Notes: a model not told the origin generated them from the sequence alone. Numbered from the stretch's first letter, positions 16,624-31,280 are shown. The stretch: 64,000 nucleotides of DNA from Eledone cirrhosa (GCA_964016885.1 OZ024742.1:27032001-27096000); one strand, 5' to 3'. Numbers and translations are program-made.

Positions 16624-16867
16624 GTCTACAGTAATGTATGCACTCTGAAAAGTTGATTGCAGCTGCAGAACTGCAATTCTCCAGATTCATTGAGTGACCT
16701 AGACGCTGGCCGAGGGACGCTGAAATTTTACCAGCGGTCTTCGTTACTTTTATTATATATATATTTTACCCTCTTTTTAATTGTTTCCTTCCTTTTAACC
16801 CCCCCCCCTAATGTCTTTTCACCTCTCCCCCTCCCACCCCGGAACTCTTTTCCCGCCCACTTTTCTC

Positions 16868-16895
16868 CTGATGAAGTGCTTATGCCCGAAACGTC
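16868..16895 (+). ncRNA. Minimal PLE-type hammerhead ribozyme in a TA-flanked insert (~16765-16985)
   Basis: CTGATGA-agtgcttatgccc-GAAAC-GTC. Confidence 0.8.
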
Positions 16896-17239
16896 ATCCC
16901 TCACCCCCCACCCTCAAGCGTGAACCTAATACTAACACTTTGTACTGCACTCTTCGTTGTTGTTTTTGTTTTCTGTTTTATATAAATATATATATATATA
17001 AATGTTATCTGAGTTTTTCGAATATTAATTATAATATTCGATTCGTTTTCAATTACGTATCATCATCATCATCATCATCATTTAATTTCCCTGCTTGCAA
17101 GGGTGGGACGGGAACTGATTCTGGCTTGATTTCTACAACTGGATGCCCTTCCTAACACCAACCTCATTTACAGTGAGTGCTGGGTGCTTTTTTGCCGTGA
17201 CACCTCCACAACCACTTTGCAGTGGAATGATAGGGACCC

Positions 17240-17395
17240 GTCCCTATCATCTCATTTCTACAGCTGAGTAAACTGGAGCAATGTGAAATAAAGTGTCTTG
17301 ATCAAGGAAACAACACATCACCCGGTCTGAGAATTGAACTCACAACCTTTCGATTGCAAGGCCAATGCTCTAACCACTAAGCCATGTGCCTCCTA
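17240..17395 (-). mobile_element. SINE family B
   Basis: ctggagcaatgtgaaataaagtgtcttg...gaattgaactc...taaccactaagcc. Confidence 0.8.
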
Positions 17396-20189
17396 TATGA
17401 GAGAGTGAGTTGACTATATGTATACACATAACATATACGTTTAAACCTACAAGATTTAAATACACACCCAGAACTATAGAGGAACATACCTGGACATACA
17501 CTTATACACTATAGCATTTTTTTTTTCATTCCTGAGTAGGAAACCTTATCAGTACTGATCGTGTTCTATCGTGAAAGCTGTAACTTTATACGAATATTCT
17601 CAGAGCAGTGGCGGCATAACTGAATTAAAATGGCTTCCATCACAAATGGAAATTCAGTGGAGTAATATCTCATTGTCTGGGGATTTACATCTTGCTCTAA
17701 GGTACTCCCTCCATCCATATAGTAATAATACATAAAGCAAATAATCATATAATCTCTATTGATGAAATTGTAATTAAACATTCATAGGTTATTACGACAC
17801 GCCAACACCGTACTCTCACACGCTTCTAAAGAAGACACTGTTCTGTAAATTACATATGGCGCTGCCTTGTTAAACACGACAGAGGGTGGAGGGAAATTGG
17901 TTCCTACACGTACAAACATGAATCAATAATATACTAGCCATTACGGTTGTTTTTGTTGTTTATAAGTAATGTATTATGTTCAGTGACCGTAAAAGCTTCT
18001 TATCATTTGTTGTGTGTGAAAAGATCAGAAACACTACGGGTATTATATCTTGTAGTTCGTAATTGTTACTTTGTCTGTGCAGTGGTGTGTCTCACAGTAG
18101 CCACTTTGCTTGTGTAGTGGTGTGTCACAGTAGCAATTCTGTTAGAGCTGTTATTCAATGAGGAAGTATGTGGTTGTGTGTAGAACGTCAGCGTTGATAG
18201 AACGTTCATCTAAATGCTATCTCTTATTTAGCTCTATCTCTTCGCAGTTATAAATTTAAATCCCAGATGCGACATTGAGTGTTTATCTTTCCAGGGTGGC
18301 ACTAAAATAGACAGTCTTAGGCTTTCATACTTCTCAACGTTCGACAAAAATCGATTGATAAAAAAGTGCTAGGCATGAACAAATATTAGTGATGTTGCTG
18401 TAATACACTTAATACCGTCGAGACCCTAACATATCTGCAGTCTTCTGCATATACCCAGAAAAATATTCAAACACAGATATTCACTACTTTCTGTCTTCAT
18501 AGAACTATATACTTCATAGAACTACACTGTCTATTCTTTTTCCATTCTACATATACTATAATGATTCCAGTTCTTCAGGGATCAGTCGATAGACGTACGT
18601 CAGTTTCTGCTCATGAAATTATGGTGTAAGTGGCTAAGCATTTCACATGATTATGTACCCCTGATGTAATTCTAAGGGAGATTCAGCGGGAGACTGTATG
18701 ACTCTTTGAATTATATGTACAATTCATCTGACGGTCTTCCAAATAGTGTTCATTTGTTCAACTTCATTCACAGGACATAGATCGATCCGCTGCAATGGTA
18801 AATGACATTCCATAAAGAATTTAAAATGTGAGATCGAACACAAGGTCTATGAATAGGAAGCAAACATCTTAACACTTTGGCCATGCTCGTCCACATATGA
18901 CCACTTCTATAACTTCTAATTCGCAGCTGTAATATTTTCTCACCTTAAAGAGATTACTTAGCCTTTACGGTGTATTCCGGATTATGATGTTATAATTATT
19001 TTTCCTGAGTATGAGTTAGTATCAGGTTGTTTTCGTTCACCTGATCGAGATAAGAAATCAGTGATCGGTTACCAATGCCCGCCGCGAGGAGGTCGATAAA
19101 TCTCGTCCTCGTGTTATATGGTACTTGATAGATGAAAGGGTTGTTCCTATTCTAGAGGCATTTGACTAAGGTTTAGTTAATTCTATCACCACACCAACAG
19201 TTGACTTATCCAACAGTTAACTTATACAAAGCACATGCCTCTCTTTCCAATGTCTCGCTAGCTGAAAATAGATATTAACTGATGTTTATTCAACATATTA
19301 ATTTGTTCAGATAGTATATTGTTTACATATTCAATTACAATTAACGCAATCAGGAAAAAGTAGATATTGTTTTCCTCATACGAACGTTTAACAGTATTTA
19401 TATGAATATCTAAATTGCAATAAAGCATAGAATAAAATGAGTATAGTAAACACAATTCAGGAGGGTCTAATTTTCGGTGATATGAAGCTAAAAATAATGA
19501 TGGCTATGGTGCTGCCATTGATGGTGACAGTTTCAGCAATTATATCCATTGGTATTTCAATGGTATATATTTAATCAGCTTTGAATAAAATGGTAAAACG
19601 TAGTGACGATCTCGTCGAGAATTTCTCTGAGAATGCTAAGAAAGCTAAATACATATGTGGTTGGATTATGATCAGCGCTTCGTCTACATTCTACCACATA
19701 TTGTCCTCTTAATTATAACATTGATGTATGTATGGTCCCGTAAATCACGAGAGAATCGGCGGCGTGCCGCATGGACACTTGGCATTTCTAATGCCTTTTA
19801 AAACCCGATGGAGCCCATCAACTTTCCAGGACTGAGTACAGCAGGTTTCTACCAGAGAAGGCTAGGGAATGGGGGGTGGGGGTGAAAGTGTGGAAGAGAA
19901 GATATCTAGAGCAAGACAACCCCGGTGCTAGACTGGCCTTTTTTTTCATCAACCTTGAAAGAATGAAAACAAAATCGACCTCATAATGTTCATACTAATG
20001 AAAATTATATTATTATCAATATGAGTTATCAGTATAGATATAGAATATTACCAAAACATCCCAATACTGAGATCTGTAAACGTAACATTGAATAATCTAG
20101 AAAATAATTTAGTTAATAGGGAGCAATGCGAGACGTTTTTATTTTTTTCAGCGTTTAAGAAATAATTTTATTTACATTACTAATTGTTT

Positions 20190-20670
20190 ATAATTTTGAC
20201 ACAAGGCCAGCAATTATCCCAGTGCGTTACTGGTACTTTATTTTATCGACCCCGTAAGGATGAAAGGCAACGTTAACCATTAATAATTGTTTCTACTTTT
20301 GGCACGAGGCCAGCAATTACCCAGTGCATTACTGGTACTTTATTTTATTGATCCCGTAAGGATGAAAGACAAAGTTAACCACGACGGGATTTGAACTCAG
20401 ACCGTAAAGGGACGTAACTATGTTGGAAAGCATGGCGTCCGACCCTCTACCGATACTGCCACTAGTATAGGCAACTGGCCAGTAATTTGGGGGAGGGGAA
20501 GTCGATTAAATCGACCCCAGTATGTTACAGGTGCTTTATTTTATCGACCCCGTAAGGAAGAAAGGCAAAGTTAACGTCCGCGGGATTTGAACTCAGATCA
20601 TAAAGGGCCGTAACTCTATGCTGCAAAATATGGCGCTCGACTCTCAACCGATACTGCCAATCCACCACCC
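20190..20670 (-). mobile_element. Cluster of three tandem family-A SINEs
   Basis: Three copies of tactttattttatcgaccccgtaaggatgaaaggcaa. Confidence 0.85.
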
Positions 20671-20879
20671 TAAGTTAGCCATTAATAATAATAACAATAA
20701 TAACAACTATAATAAAGGCAATAATAAAAGAAAGAAAAGGAAACAAAAGAAAAATAATAGGGAAATATAGAGAAAAAAGAGAAAAAGACAAAAAAAGAAT
20801 AGGAAGTGGAGGGGATGGCAAGAACTCTGGTGTCGCAGAAGAGAGGGGAGGGTGAAGGTGGAGGATGAAGGGGGAGGTT

Positions 20880-21200
20880 GATTGGGCTTTGGGACTAGGA
20901 CAAGGTGGCAGAACTGTTGCGCACTACGGACAAGACGGGAAAAGCATTCCCGCGGACAATGGCCAGTGACACCCGCTGCAACAGCCCCCCAACCTCGCGG
21001 GACCCCTTCCTCACACGGGCCATCAACGTTCCGATCTTGTGGAGGAGCTCGACTGTATGGGGTCCAAGTACGCCTGAGGTCTCGACGGCGACGGGTGCGA
21101 AGAGGAAGCGGCCGGACAAACCCCGATATTTGTTTAGTTTACTTCTGCGAAGCGGACCGCAATACCGAGGTCTGTGGCCGAAGCGACTAAGTTGGAGGCG
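20880..21200 (-). pseudogene. C-terminal fragment of a CRE-like (restriction-like endonuclease) non-LTR retrotransposon
   Basis: KYRGLSGRFLFAPVAVETSGVLG...LLQRVSLAIVRGNA matches the K..Y...F.P.A.ET.G..G / QR.S.AI.RGNA signature; GC-rich island. Confidence 0.75.
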
Positions 21201-22051
21201 GAGAAAGTGTCTCAGCTAGTGGCGTCCCAGATGAGGGATCTACCTCCTTCGAATGGGAAGAGGCTGATTTCGTGGTGGCGCTTGCCATCTCCGCGGTCTA
21301 TTCCTGCTGGCTCCAGTTGAGATGGAAAGTCAGCTGCGTCTACTGATAATAGTCAGAAAGCCAGTACATTGCGATATATTAAGACTGAAGGATGACAAAT
21401 AACACAAAACTAAAGTTTTTATACAGGGTAAAACCATTAGTTTGTTTTGTTTTATTTGTCACCCTTTGGTATTTATTTACCGCATTGTACCAGCTTTCTG
21501 AAACTTAGTCATAATCTAGCAACTTTTAATTTCTTTTTATTAATATTCAGTATCTTACTTAATCCTAAGTAATCAAGCATGACATTTGATGTATGCCTTA
21601 ATTTAAAGATGTTTGGTAACCTTGAGCATGTTTTAGCTTCGAACATAATTTGTAGCCTTGTCCAAGTCTAGTCTTGTTTACCGAAATATACTTAAGTATT
21701 CTCTTAAGAAAGAAACTTCTACGTGTAATTTTTGAAGCTCAACATAAAACTAAAAGGTCAACAGAAAAAGATATATATAATTATAATTGTTTCTATTGTT
21801 GGCACAAGATCATCAATTACTGGTACTTTACTTCATACATTACTGGTACTTTATTTTATCGACCCCGTAAGGATGAAAGGCAAAGTTAACGTCGGCGGGA
21901 TATATAACTATAATAATAGTTAGATACAGTATCTATAAGTATAAATAAGAGAGGTATGAGAGGAGAAACAACGAAGCAAAGAGACAGATAGACAACCAAG
22001 TAGACAGACAGAGAGACAGCTAGAAAAAAGTCGGATTAGTGTATATACATA

Positions 22052-22420
22052 TCTCTCTTTCTCGCGTCCTCTTACTTTCACTCACTCCCTCTCTGCTAGT
22101 CATCCTCTCTCCGCTAGCTCACATCCTCCCTCGTCCACCACTGTACAGTGCTAACGCTGCTACAGTGAAGACGTGTCTTTTTTCTCACGTCAAACTCGCC
22201 AGTTCTTACGTTCGAAATGAGTTGTTGACTTTACGTTGCTTCACCCTTTATTTTCTGTTTACATGTACCCCCCCCCGCCCCATTTTATCCCAATAACTTA
22301 TTTAATTATTGCTCGCCCTAGGCTGAGGTATCTTGTCTCTAACGCGAAGAAATACCTATGATTCCTAGCAGACAGCTGACGATGGATATTGCCCTCTTTC
22401 GCCCGTAACTTTTAGTTTTC

Positions 22421-22423
<3 letters not shown>
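22052..22423 (+). mobile_element. TA-flanked repeat homologous to 2043-2470
   Basis: ctagg-CTGAGGTAT...GAAATACCTATGAT-t-cctag...CTGACGA...GTAAC. Confidence 0.6.
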
Positions 22424-22508
<85 letters not shown>

Positions 22509-22598
22509 CATATATATATATGGTCCAAATAATAAAGATTCCTTAGCGGAACAAAAATGTACATTAACCCCGACCACTGTTAAAATACTATGATATAA

Positions 22599-22768
22599 TT
22601 GTTTCTACTTTAGGCACAAGGCCAGCAATTACCAGTGCATTACTGGTACTTTATTTTATCGACCCCGTAAGGATGAAAGGCAAAGTCAACCTCGGCGGGA
22701 TTTGAACTCAGATGGTAAAGGGACGTAACTATGCTGGAAAGCATGGCGTCCGACCCTCTACCGATACT
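22599..22768 (-). mobile_element. Young, 5'-truncated family-A SINE with a 19-bp TSD
   Basis: taaaatactatgatataat at 22581-22599 and 22768-22786. Confidence 0.9.
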
Positions 22769-22933
22769 AAAATACTATGATATAATGGGGGCATTTCAGA
22801 CAGGAATGTTTGATGTTGTGGTTTTATACTCCACAGATGAATATGTCCACTTCACTCTGTTAGGGTCGACTATATGCCTGATCATTTAGACCGTTTTTAT
22901 ATAAGTTTCTAACACTCTGATATATATGCAAAC

Positions 22934-23022
22934 ATATAATATAATATAATATAATATAATATAATATAATATAATATAATATAATATAATATAATATAAT
23001 ATAATATAATATAATATATACA

Positions 23023-23079
<57 letters not shown>
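22934..23079. repeat. (ATATA)n pentanucleotide plus (TA)n
   Basis: Seen directly. Confidence 0.95.
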
Positions 23080-23082
<3 letters not shown>

Positions 23083-23214
23083 TACAGCATTAACGAAGCT
23101 TTTGGCTGCGGCTAAGCTAACGAATGCAGATTCGGAATGCAGCTTAGCACTCGATGGAGAATAATACCCCAGATATATATTAAGCAGACGGATCGAGAAG
23201 ATATATGTCATCGA

Positions 23215-23317
23215 TACTATTAGATCACAACAGACGAATACATGTTATGCATCGATAGTATAAGAGACTATTAGATCACAACAGATGAATACATGTTATG
23301 CATCGATAGTATAAGAG
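23215..23317. repeat. About 52-bp tandem duplication
   Basis: actattagatcacaacagaYgaatacatgttatgcatcgatagtataagag, twice. Confidence 0.9.
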
Positions 23318-23469
23318 AAACGATTGTGTAAATTATATATATATATTTTATCGAAGAATGAAAGGCAGGGTCGACCTCGGGGTCGATAACTACCAGATTT
23401 GCACTGGGGTCGATTTCATCGACTTCCCCGTCTTGCAAAAATCTTGGCCTTATGCCTAAATCAGAAACC

Positions 23470-23655
23470 AGTGGATTGGCAGTATCAGTAGAGGGTCGGA
23501 CGCCATACTTTCCAGCATAGTTACGTCCCTCTACGATCTGAGTTCAAATCCCGCCGAGGTTGACTTTGCCTTTCATCCTTACGGGGTCGATAAAATAAAG
23601 TACCAGTAATGTACTGGGTAATTGCAGGCCTTGTGCCTAAAATAGGAACAATTAT
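23470..23655 (+). mobile_element. Family-A SINE
   Basis: gtggattggcagtatcagtagagggtcggacg...gagttcaaatcccgccgagg... Confidence 0.9.
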
Positions 23656-23947
23656 TATTAATATTATTCATTTGCACAGTGACTATCTTATAACACAGGA
23701 TCATTTAATTGTGTCCCTATCAAGTTATCTAACCTCAGATAAACAATATTTTTCACAGGATATTTGCTGCTCCCAAAATTTGTTTTCTGCAATGTGGTAA
23801 TGTTGGCAATGATTCCAATTCTACCAAGTAGTCTAATTACAACTGTTACTTTCATATTCCACATTATCTCCACGTCTATTTTCAAGCCTGCATATCTACG
23901 ATTTTCTCGGTTTCTTTAGCCATTGATGTAATGATCTCCTGGCCAGC

Positions 23948-24021
<74 letters not shown>

Positions 24022-24029
24022 AAAAAATG

Positions 24030-24250
24030 ATGGTGGATTGGAAGTATCGGTAGAGCTCCGGACACTCTTCTTTGCAGTGTAGACTTACGGTCCATACGTT
24101 CTGAGTTCAAATCCCGCCGAGGTTAACTTTGCTTTTCATCCTTACAGGGTCGATAAAATAAAGTACCAGTCACGCACTGGAGCGATTTGATCGACTGTCC
24201 CTTCCCATCAAATTGCTGGCCTTGTGCCTATAGTAGACGCAAATATTATT
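24030..24250 (+). mobile_element. Family-A SINE between (CTA)n and (TAG)n tracts
   Basis: SINE consensus motifs; (CTA)n at 23948-24002, (TAG)n at 24279-24363. Confidence 0.85.
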
Positions 24251-24279
24251 AGCCCTAGTATTAGTAGTATTGGTGGAGT

Positions 24280-24334
<55 letters not shown>

Positions 24335-24811
24335 TGTAGTAGTAGTAGTAGTAGTAGTAGTAGTTATTGTTGTTGTTAATAAAAGGAAATGATTTCCTCT
24401 ACTTCAACAGGGCGTGAGATTATGAAAGAGAGAAGGTAAAAAAGGAAACGGTAAATAATAAAAACAGATAAATGAAGAAAAATCAAAAAAAAAAAATCAC
24501 CACGGAATAAATTGGTATTTCTTGAAATATTTTTCAGACATTGAGCCAAGAAATGTCTGATATAATTGCTATGATACATACATTGAAGATGAGATAATGA
24601 GGAACGGGTAGAGGGTGGAGGCTGAGTAGCAACCAAATAAAAATACGTAGGAAAAAATAATAGTAATAATAATGATGGCGATGTTGATGATGAGAATGAT
24701 AATAATAATTATAATCATAATTATAGTACGTTGTGGCAGGCACACAAACACACACACACCAGACACACAAACAGACACACCATTCACATACACAAACACA
24801 CACACATACAT

Positions 24812-25525
24812 ATACACACACGCACATACACACGCACACACCACTCACACGGACACAGACATATACACACACGCACATACACACGCACACACCACTCACA
24901 CGGACACATACATATACACACACGCACATACACACGCACACACCACTCACACGGACACATACATATACACACACGCACATACACACGCACACACCACTCA
25001 CACGGACACAGACATATACACACACGCACATACACACGCACACACCACTCACACAGACACAGACATATACACACACGCACATACACACGCACACACCACT
25101 CACACGGACACAGACATATACACACACGCACATACACACGCACACACCACTCACACGGACACATACATATACACACACGCACATACACACGCACACACCA
25201 CTCACACGGACACATACATATACACACACGCACATACACACGCACACACCACTCACACGGACACAGACATATACACACACGCACATACACACGCACACAC
25301 CACTCACACAGACACAGACATATACACACACGCACATACACACGCACACACCACTCACACGGACACATACATATACACACACGCACATACACACGCACAC
25401 ACCACTCACACGGACACAGACATATACACACACGCACATACACACGCACACACCACTTACACGGACACAGACATATACACACACGCACATACACACGCAC
25501 ACACCACTCACACGGACACAGACAT
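24812..25525. repeat. 51-bp minisatellite (14 copies) built from degenerate (CA)n
   Basis: Unit cacggacacagacatatacacacacgcacatacacacgcacacaccactca. Confidence 0.95.
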
Positions 25526-25584
25526 TCACAAACACAGAAACACTTACTCATATACATACCTCCCTGTCTGACTATATATATATA

Positions 25585-25640
<56 letters not shown>

Positions 25641-25788
25641 GAAAGAGAGAGATAGATTGATAGAGGGGGGGAAAGAGAATTACATGTATATACAAACACA
25701 CAAAAAACGTATATATATATATTTGTATATGTATAAGCATATATTTATATAAGTATATACGTATATCTATATTTATATATATATATGC

Positions 25789-25819
<31 letters not shown>

Positions 25820-25841
25820 TATATATATACGTATAGATAAG

Positions 25842-25879
<38 letters not shown>

Positions 25880-25960
25880 TTTATATATCTATGCATATAT
25901 ATGTATATATATTTATATATATATATATATGTAAATGTATATATATATATATATAAGTAA

Positions 25961-26065
<105 letters not shown>

Positions 26066-26174
26066 TATATGTATAAATATATATATATATACATATATAT
26101 ATGTATATATATATATATATGTATATACAAATATATGTATATATATATATGTGTATGAATATATATATATATAT

Positions 26175-26210
<36 letters not shown>

Positions 26211-26670
26211 AATATATATATATATAATTAAAATAGTAAGTAAAAATAATGTACAAATTACAAAATACAAAATCAAACAACTGAAACGACTTCGATTGAT
26301 GATATTTTTTTCCTCAGTGTGTGAGTAAATAATTAAAGTTGTCTACACAAAATTTTAAGTAAAGCTGTAATCAATAATGAAATCCTATCTGGCATCAATA
26401 TATTTCGGTAATTACGTCACATGGCTATTAGTGAGACTTACAAGAAAGTAATCTTCATATAGATTTACTTCAGTACAAGTATTTCTTCAGTGAAAGAGTC
26501 AATTTTCTAAAGAGGCGAACACAATCTATGATTTTTTTAAACGATTCCCCTTATTATTCTGATGTTTCGTTTCGTTTCTGTGTTTTTATTTTTGTTATTT
26601 TATTTTATTATCATACATCTTTATTTTTAAGTTTCAGGTGATTATATAAATATGTGTGTGTGTGTGTATG

Positions 26671-26708
<38 letters not shown>

Positions 26709-26724
26709 TATACACATATATATA

Positions 26725-26755
<31 letters not shown>

Positions 26756-26836
26756 ATATTATACATATACATATATATACATATATATATATATATATGT
26801 ATACATATATATATTTATTTATTTATATATATTTAC

Positions 26837-26898
<62 letters not shown>

Positions 26899-27292
26899 AC
26901 GTATATACGTATATATATGTACATATATACTCACAGACATGAAGATTGGCATAGAAAATCAACACATATATGTATATGGAAACTTCATCTTTCGATCTTT
27001 ATTTGATTCAGAAGTTATGTAATCGATTTAAAACTGTGATAGATCATTAGTTCATTGCGTAATAATAGTTGCACAACTCGGCGTAATGAATTTTATAGGA
27101 GTTCGATTTTTGAGCAACATGATATATATATATATATATATATATACATTAATTCAATATATTAACGAAATAGATATTCTTGTGATCAATTATATGTTAT
27201 TATACATATTTCAGAGGTACTGAGTTAAGTTCAACAGTACGTCCTCATGTAATAAAATGTGTATGTATATATATATTGTATGTATATATATG

Positions 27293-27364
<72 letters not shown>

Positions 27365-27367
<3 letters not shown>

Positions 27368-28192
27368 ACATACGTTAACCTTGATCTTCCTCTTCTAGTG
27401 TGTCCATGTAGGGGCTCCCAAAGGAGCACTGAGTGCAATGTCAACTCTGGATGTCGGTGAGCATGTCCAGCTAACCTCAGTCTCCTCTGTGTCAATTTTG
27501 AGCTGACTTTTTGGATGCTCCCATACAGCTCTGAGTTTTTCATCCTCAGTGTATACTGATTAATGTTCAGAACCATCCTCAGCATTTTCGTGTAGCAACC
27601 ATCCACCATCTGAGTGAGTTTCTTGGTCTGTGTCCAAGTCTCAGACCCATACAGCAGCACAGACTCCACTACACCAATGAAGAGGCGGATTTTCAGGTCT
27701 CTACGAAGGTCCGACTTCCACACCGATCTCAAGCTGTGGCACGCCGCCCAGGCTTTGCTCTTCCCCTCAACCACATCATCTTCCGTATTCCCAATCTTTG
27801 CTCCCAAATACAGGAAGCCCCCAACCAATTCTAGCGGCTTCCAGCCCACATTAGTGATCCCCCCTGGCTTCTCAACATTCTCTACCAGATATTTTGTCTC
27901 ATTCATTCTCAGCCCCACACTCATCGACACAGTTTCAACCTCCAGTATCAAATCCTCTGCCTCCTTCACTGTATTTGTCACCAAAACTATGTCGTCGGCA
28001 AATTCAGCATCCGATACCTTTTTCGCCCTAACTCTCCTGCTCTGAGAAGAGGAAGACCAAGGTTAACGTATGTTGATGCCCTAAGGACAGACACTGGTCT
28101 GTTGGAGACACAGGACATGGCAGCGATAATGAGGGACAAAGACCGCTGGAGAGAACTCGTCCATGGATCTCGGGAATTTTACCCGCCTTAGA
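27365..28192. mobile_element. RTE-type LINE with a 5' inversion, inserted in (TA)n
   Basis: Minus 27365-28043 encodes the RT C-terminus (FADD, FLYLGA, LLYGSETW, RLRLAGH); plus 28045-28192 is the 3' end. Confidence 0.9.
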
Positions 28193-28256
28193 ATAGAATA
28201 TATATATACGTCTTTCTCTCTCTGTCTTTCCCCCTGTGTCTCTCTATTTCTTTCAC

Positions 28257-28308
<52 letters not shown>

Positions 28309-28791
28309 TCACTCGCTCTCTCTTTCTCTCTCTCTTTCTCTCTTTCTTTCTCTCCCTCTCTTTCTCTCCCTCTCTTTATCTCATTCTCTCCGACTTTTTC
28401 CTTCTCTCTATATATATCTATCTCTTTCTCTCCGGCTCTCTCTCTCTCTCTTTCTCATTTTTATTTCTTTCCACGCTTCAATCTCTCTCCGTAGTCATGA
28501 CGATCTTTTCGACGCTTATGTAACATTATTGTGAGGACTAGATAATCCCTTTAATTCACGTTCAACTTTCTGCCAGGTCTTGCGATCAGGAGATAATATC
28601 AGCAATGGAAAGAAAAAAGGAAATATCGTTTCTTTGCTCCGACTTAATGAGTTGCCCCACTCCATTCGGTAACATAAAATGAAAATTGCAATATGAATTT
28701 AGATTATAAAAACTTCAACGTATATCTGTATGATTTCTAGTTTATAGCAAATCATTTGAGAAGTTCATCAAACATTGGGCATGGCTGAAAG

Positions 28792-29076
28792 CAGGTAAGG
28801 ATTTAGACCTTGTTGGGTCAGGGGCACTTCATTTTTTCGGGGACCCCTGATACACAAAAAAAAAACAGAATAAACAGCCACCCCTAATTTTACATATCAA
28901 ATTTAACTTGGCGCAAGTATTTGGAGTTGAAACGTTATACATACAGGTATTAAATTCAGAAATTCTAACCATCCTAAAATTACAAAACCCAGGGGAACAT
29001 ATATATTCCTATGGCCGTCGTGGGGCATCTCACTGCAGGTGCCCAGCGTAACTACCCACCATTATATCCTGCCTTG
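28792..29076. mobile_element. hAT-like MITE
   Basis: cagg...ccttg ends; near-perfect 8-bp TSD gctgaaag/ggtgaaag. Confidence 0.55.
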
Positions 29077-29808
29077 GGTGAAAGTAGTGGGTTGGTCAGT
29101 GTATGCATATTTTCACAAATAAACACTTTTATTAGATCACGAATTTACAATAGAAGCTGAAAGTAAGGACCCACTATTGTTTACTGTCAACAAAGGGGCT
29201 AGAATATGTTGCATATAATTTAACATGTACACTAACTAATATTAGGAGAAAAGCTGGAGGCTTTCACGAAAAGAAAACGTTTTATGATGTTTTCCTTCAA
29301 ACGCATTATTTTTCATTTTGATTTGATTCGTTCGTTGTCTTCTCTTTGTCTCCTGTTAATTTTTCTAGTTGTATTATTACTTAACTCTTCTGTCGTAATT
29401 TCATACACAATGAATAGATTGACGGGATGCTATAGTAACATTCCCTTACCAAATATGCATCACAGCAAGACTGAATCAGGGTTGCATTATTTACGCAAAC
29501 ACACACACACACACTATGACAAACACCAATACACACAAGCACACAGACACGCACACACTTACGCTGACAAACAGACACACAAACACACACACAGATATAT
29601 ATTATTTCTCTATGAAAAAAATATAACAGTTCTCTATACATACGTGTAAAAAGTATTAATGCAGGTTCTGCTATAATTGCGTGTTGCTAAACCGTATTTC
29701 CTTAAACCTAAACCTTTCGCGCGGTTGTTTAACTGGTGAACACCTCTGACTATCATGAACTGCGCGTAGTATTTAGATATGACGAAATATACCGGTTTAC
29801 CAACATGC

Positions 29809-29861
<53 letters not shown>

Positions 29862-30437
29862 TCGACCTACTGAAGTAAACAACTTGTTGAATCAACCACC
29901 CCTGTATGCTGAAACAGTCCTCATTATAGGCTACTCTAACACTGAACTAGGAATACTGAAAATGATATCTCGTATACCTATATATATATATATATATAAG
30001 AATCGATCGACTTTTGTCAAATCGGACCAAGGGAACAATGTTTCCGTTAGTCTTTCCAGTTGCTAGTGCTATCTATCGGTCGCAACTCCAGATAGAAGGA
30101 GCAACGTGAAATAAAGAGTCTTGCTGAAGGACTTAAGGCATCACCCGGTCCAGAAATCGAACTCACAACCTCACGATTGTTAATACAATTCTCTAACCAC
30201 TCAGCCGCACGCCTTCACTACATGATATATAGACAGCGTGATGAAATAGACACCATTGTTTTAACTACATTCTACTTGTTTCGGCAATACTTGAAATATA
30301 TTTATTTTCTAAAACGACAGAACTGGTGTAAATTTAGCTTGGTGATTTTTTTTTCCATGGCGTGCTTCTATGAATAAGTTACTTTACATTTTCAGGGGTT
30401 GGCTTGTGCAATTTAGGAGGACTACTACGTCTATGTA

Positions 30438-30625
30438 ATTTGTTTCTACTTTTCGCACAAGGCCAGCAATTATCCCAGCACATTACTGGTACTTTATTTT
30501 GTCGACCCAGTAAGGATGAAAAGCAAAGTTAACCTCGGCTGGATTTGAACTCAGAATGGCAAGGCCCGTAACTCTATGCGTCAAAGCATGGTGTCCAACC
30601 CTCTACCGATATTGCCAATCCACCA
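30438..30625 (-). mobile_element. Family-A SINE
   Basis: Consensus motifs on the reverse strand. Confidence 0.85.
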
Positions 30626-31057
30626 TATAATGGTGTTCGAGAGTCAGCAGAAAAGTTCATAGGCTGACCTAATATTTTCATGGAATGATTAAAAAATGGT
30701 TTATTTTTCAACATTGACCCTGTAAAGAAAAAGGCAGGTTTACCCTTATGGTAATTGCTAGGGTGATCAAGTTTCACCTAGTATACTACAGAGCTGGCCA
30801 TTTTAATTACCGGTACACAGAATTTAACACGCTTCTAACAGTTTTAGTCTACCCAGCTTCACTCACATAGCTTAGGTAGACTCGAGGCTAAAGTAAATAA
30901 TACTTGTCCAAGATGCTATCCTCTAAGATCGAACCCAGGACCTAAAGTTTGCGAAGCAAAATTTTTTGATTTTTGGCCATGTTATGTCCATAATTTCTAA
31001 GATCAAAGCATTTAAATATATATTGTAATTACTAATATCATACCCTAGTGCGATATA

Positions 31058-31233
31058 CAAGGGTCGCCTGTAAAGGTCATAGGCTGATTAAGATACTCTC
31101 ATGGAATGACCAAATAAGGTTTGTTTCAACATTGTCCCTGGAAAGGAGCAATGCCTTACTAATAACAATCGATTTTAGCGCTCCATCATCATTCCTTTAT
31201 AGTCAACCTGGGATCTTTTCAGCTGACCCTCGT
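31058..31233. mobile_element. Mariner-type MITE
   Basis: caagggtcgcctgtaaag ... cttttcagctgaccctcg TIRs, flanked by TA. Confidence 0.7.
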
Positions 31234-31237
31234 ATAT

Positions 31238-31280
<43 letters not shown>

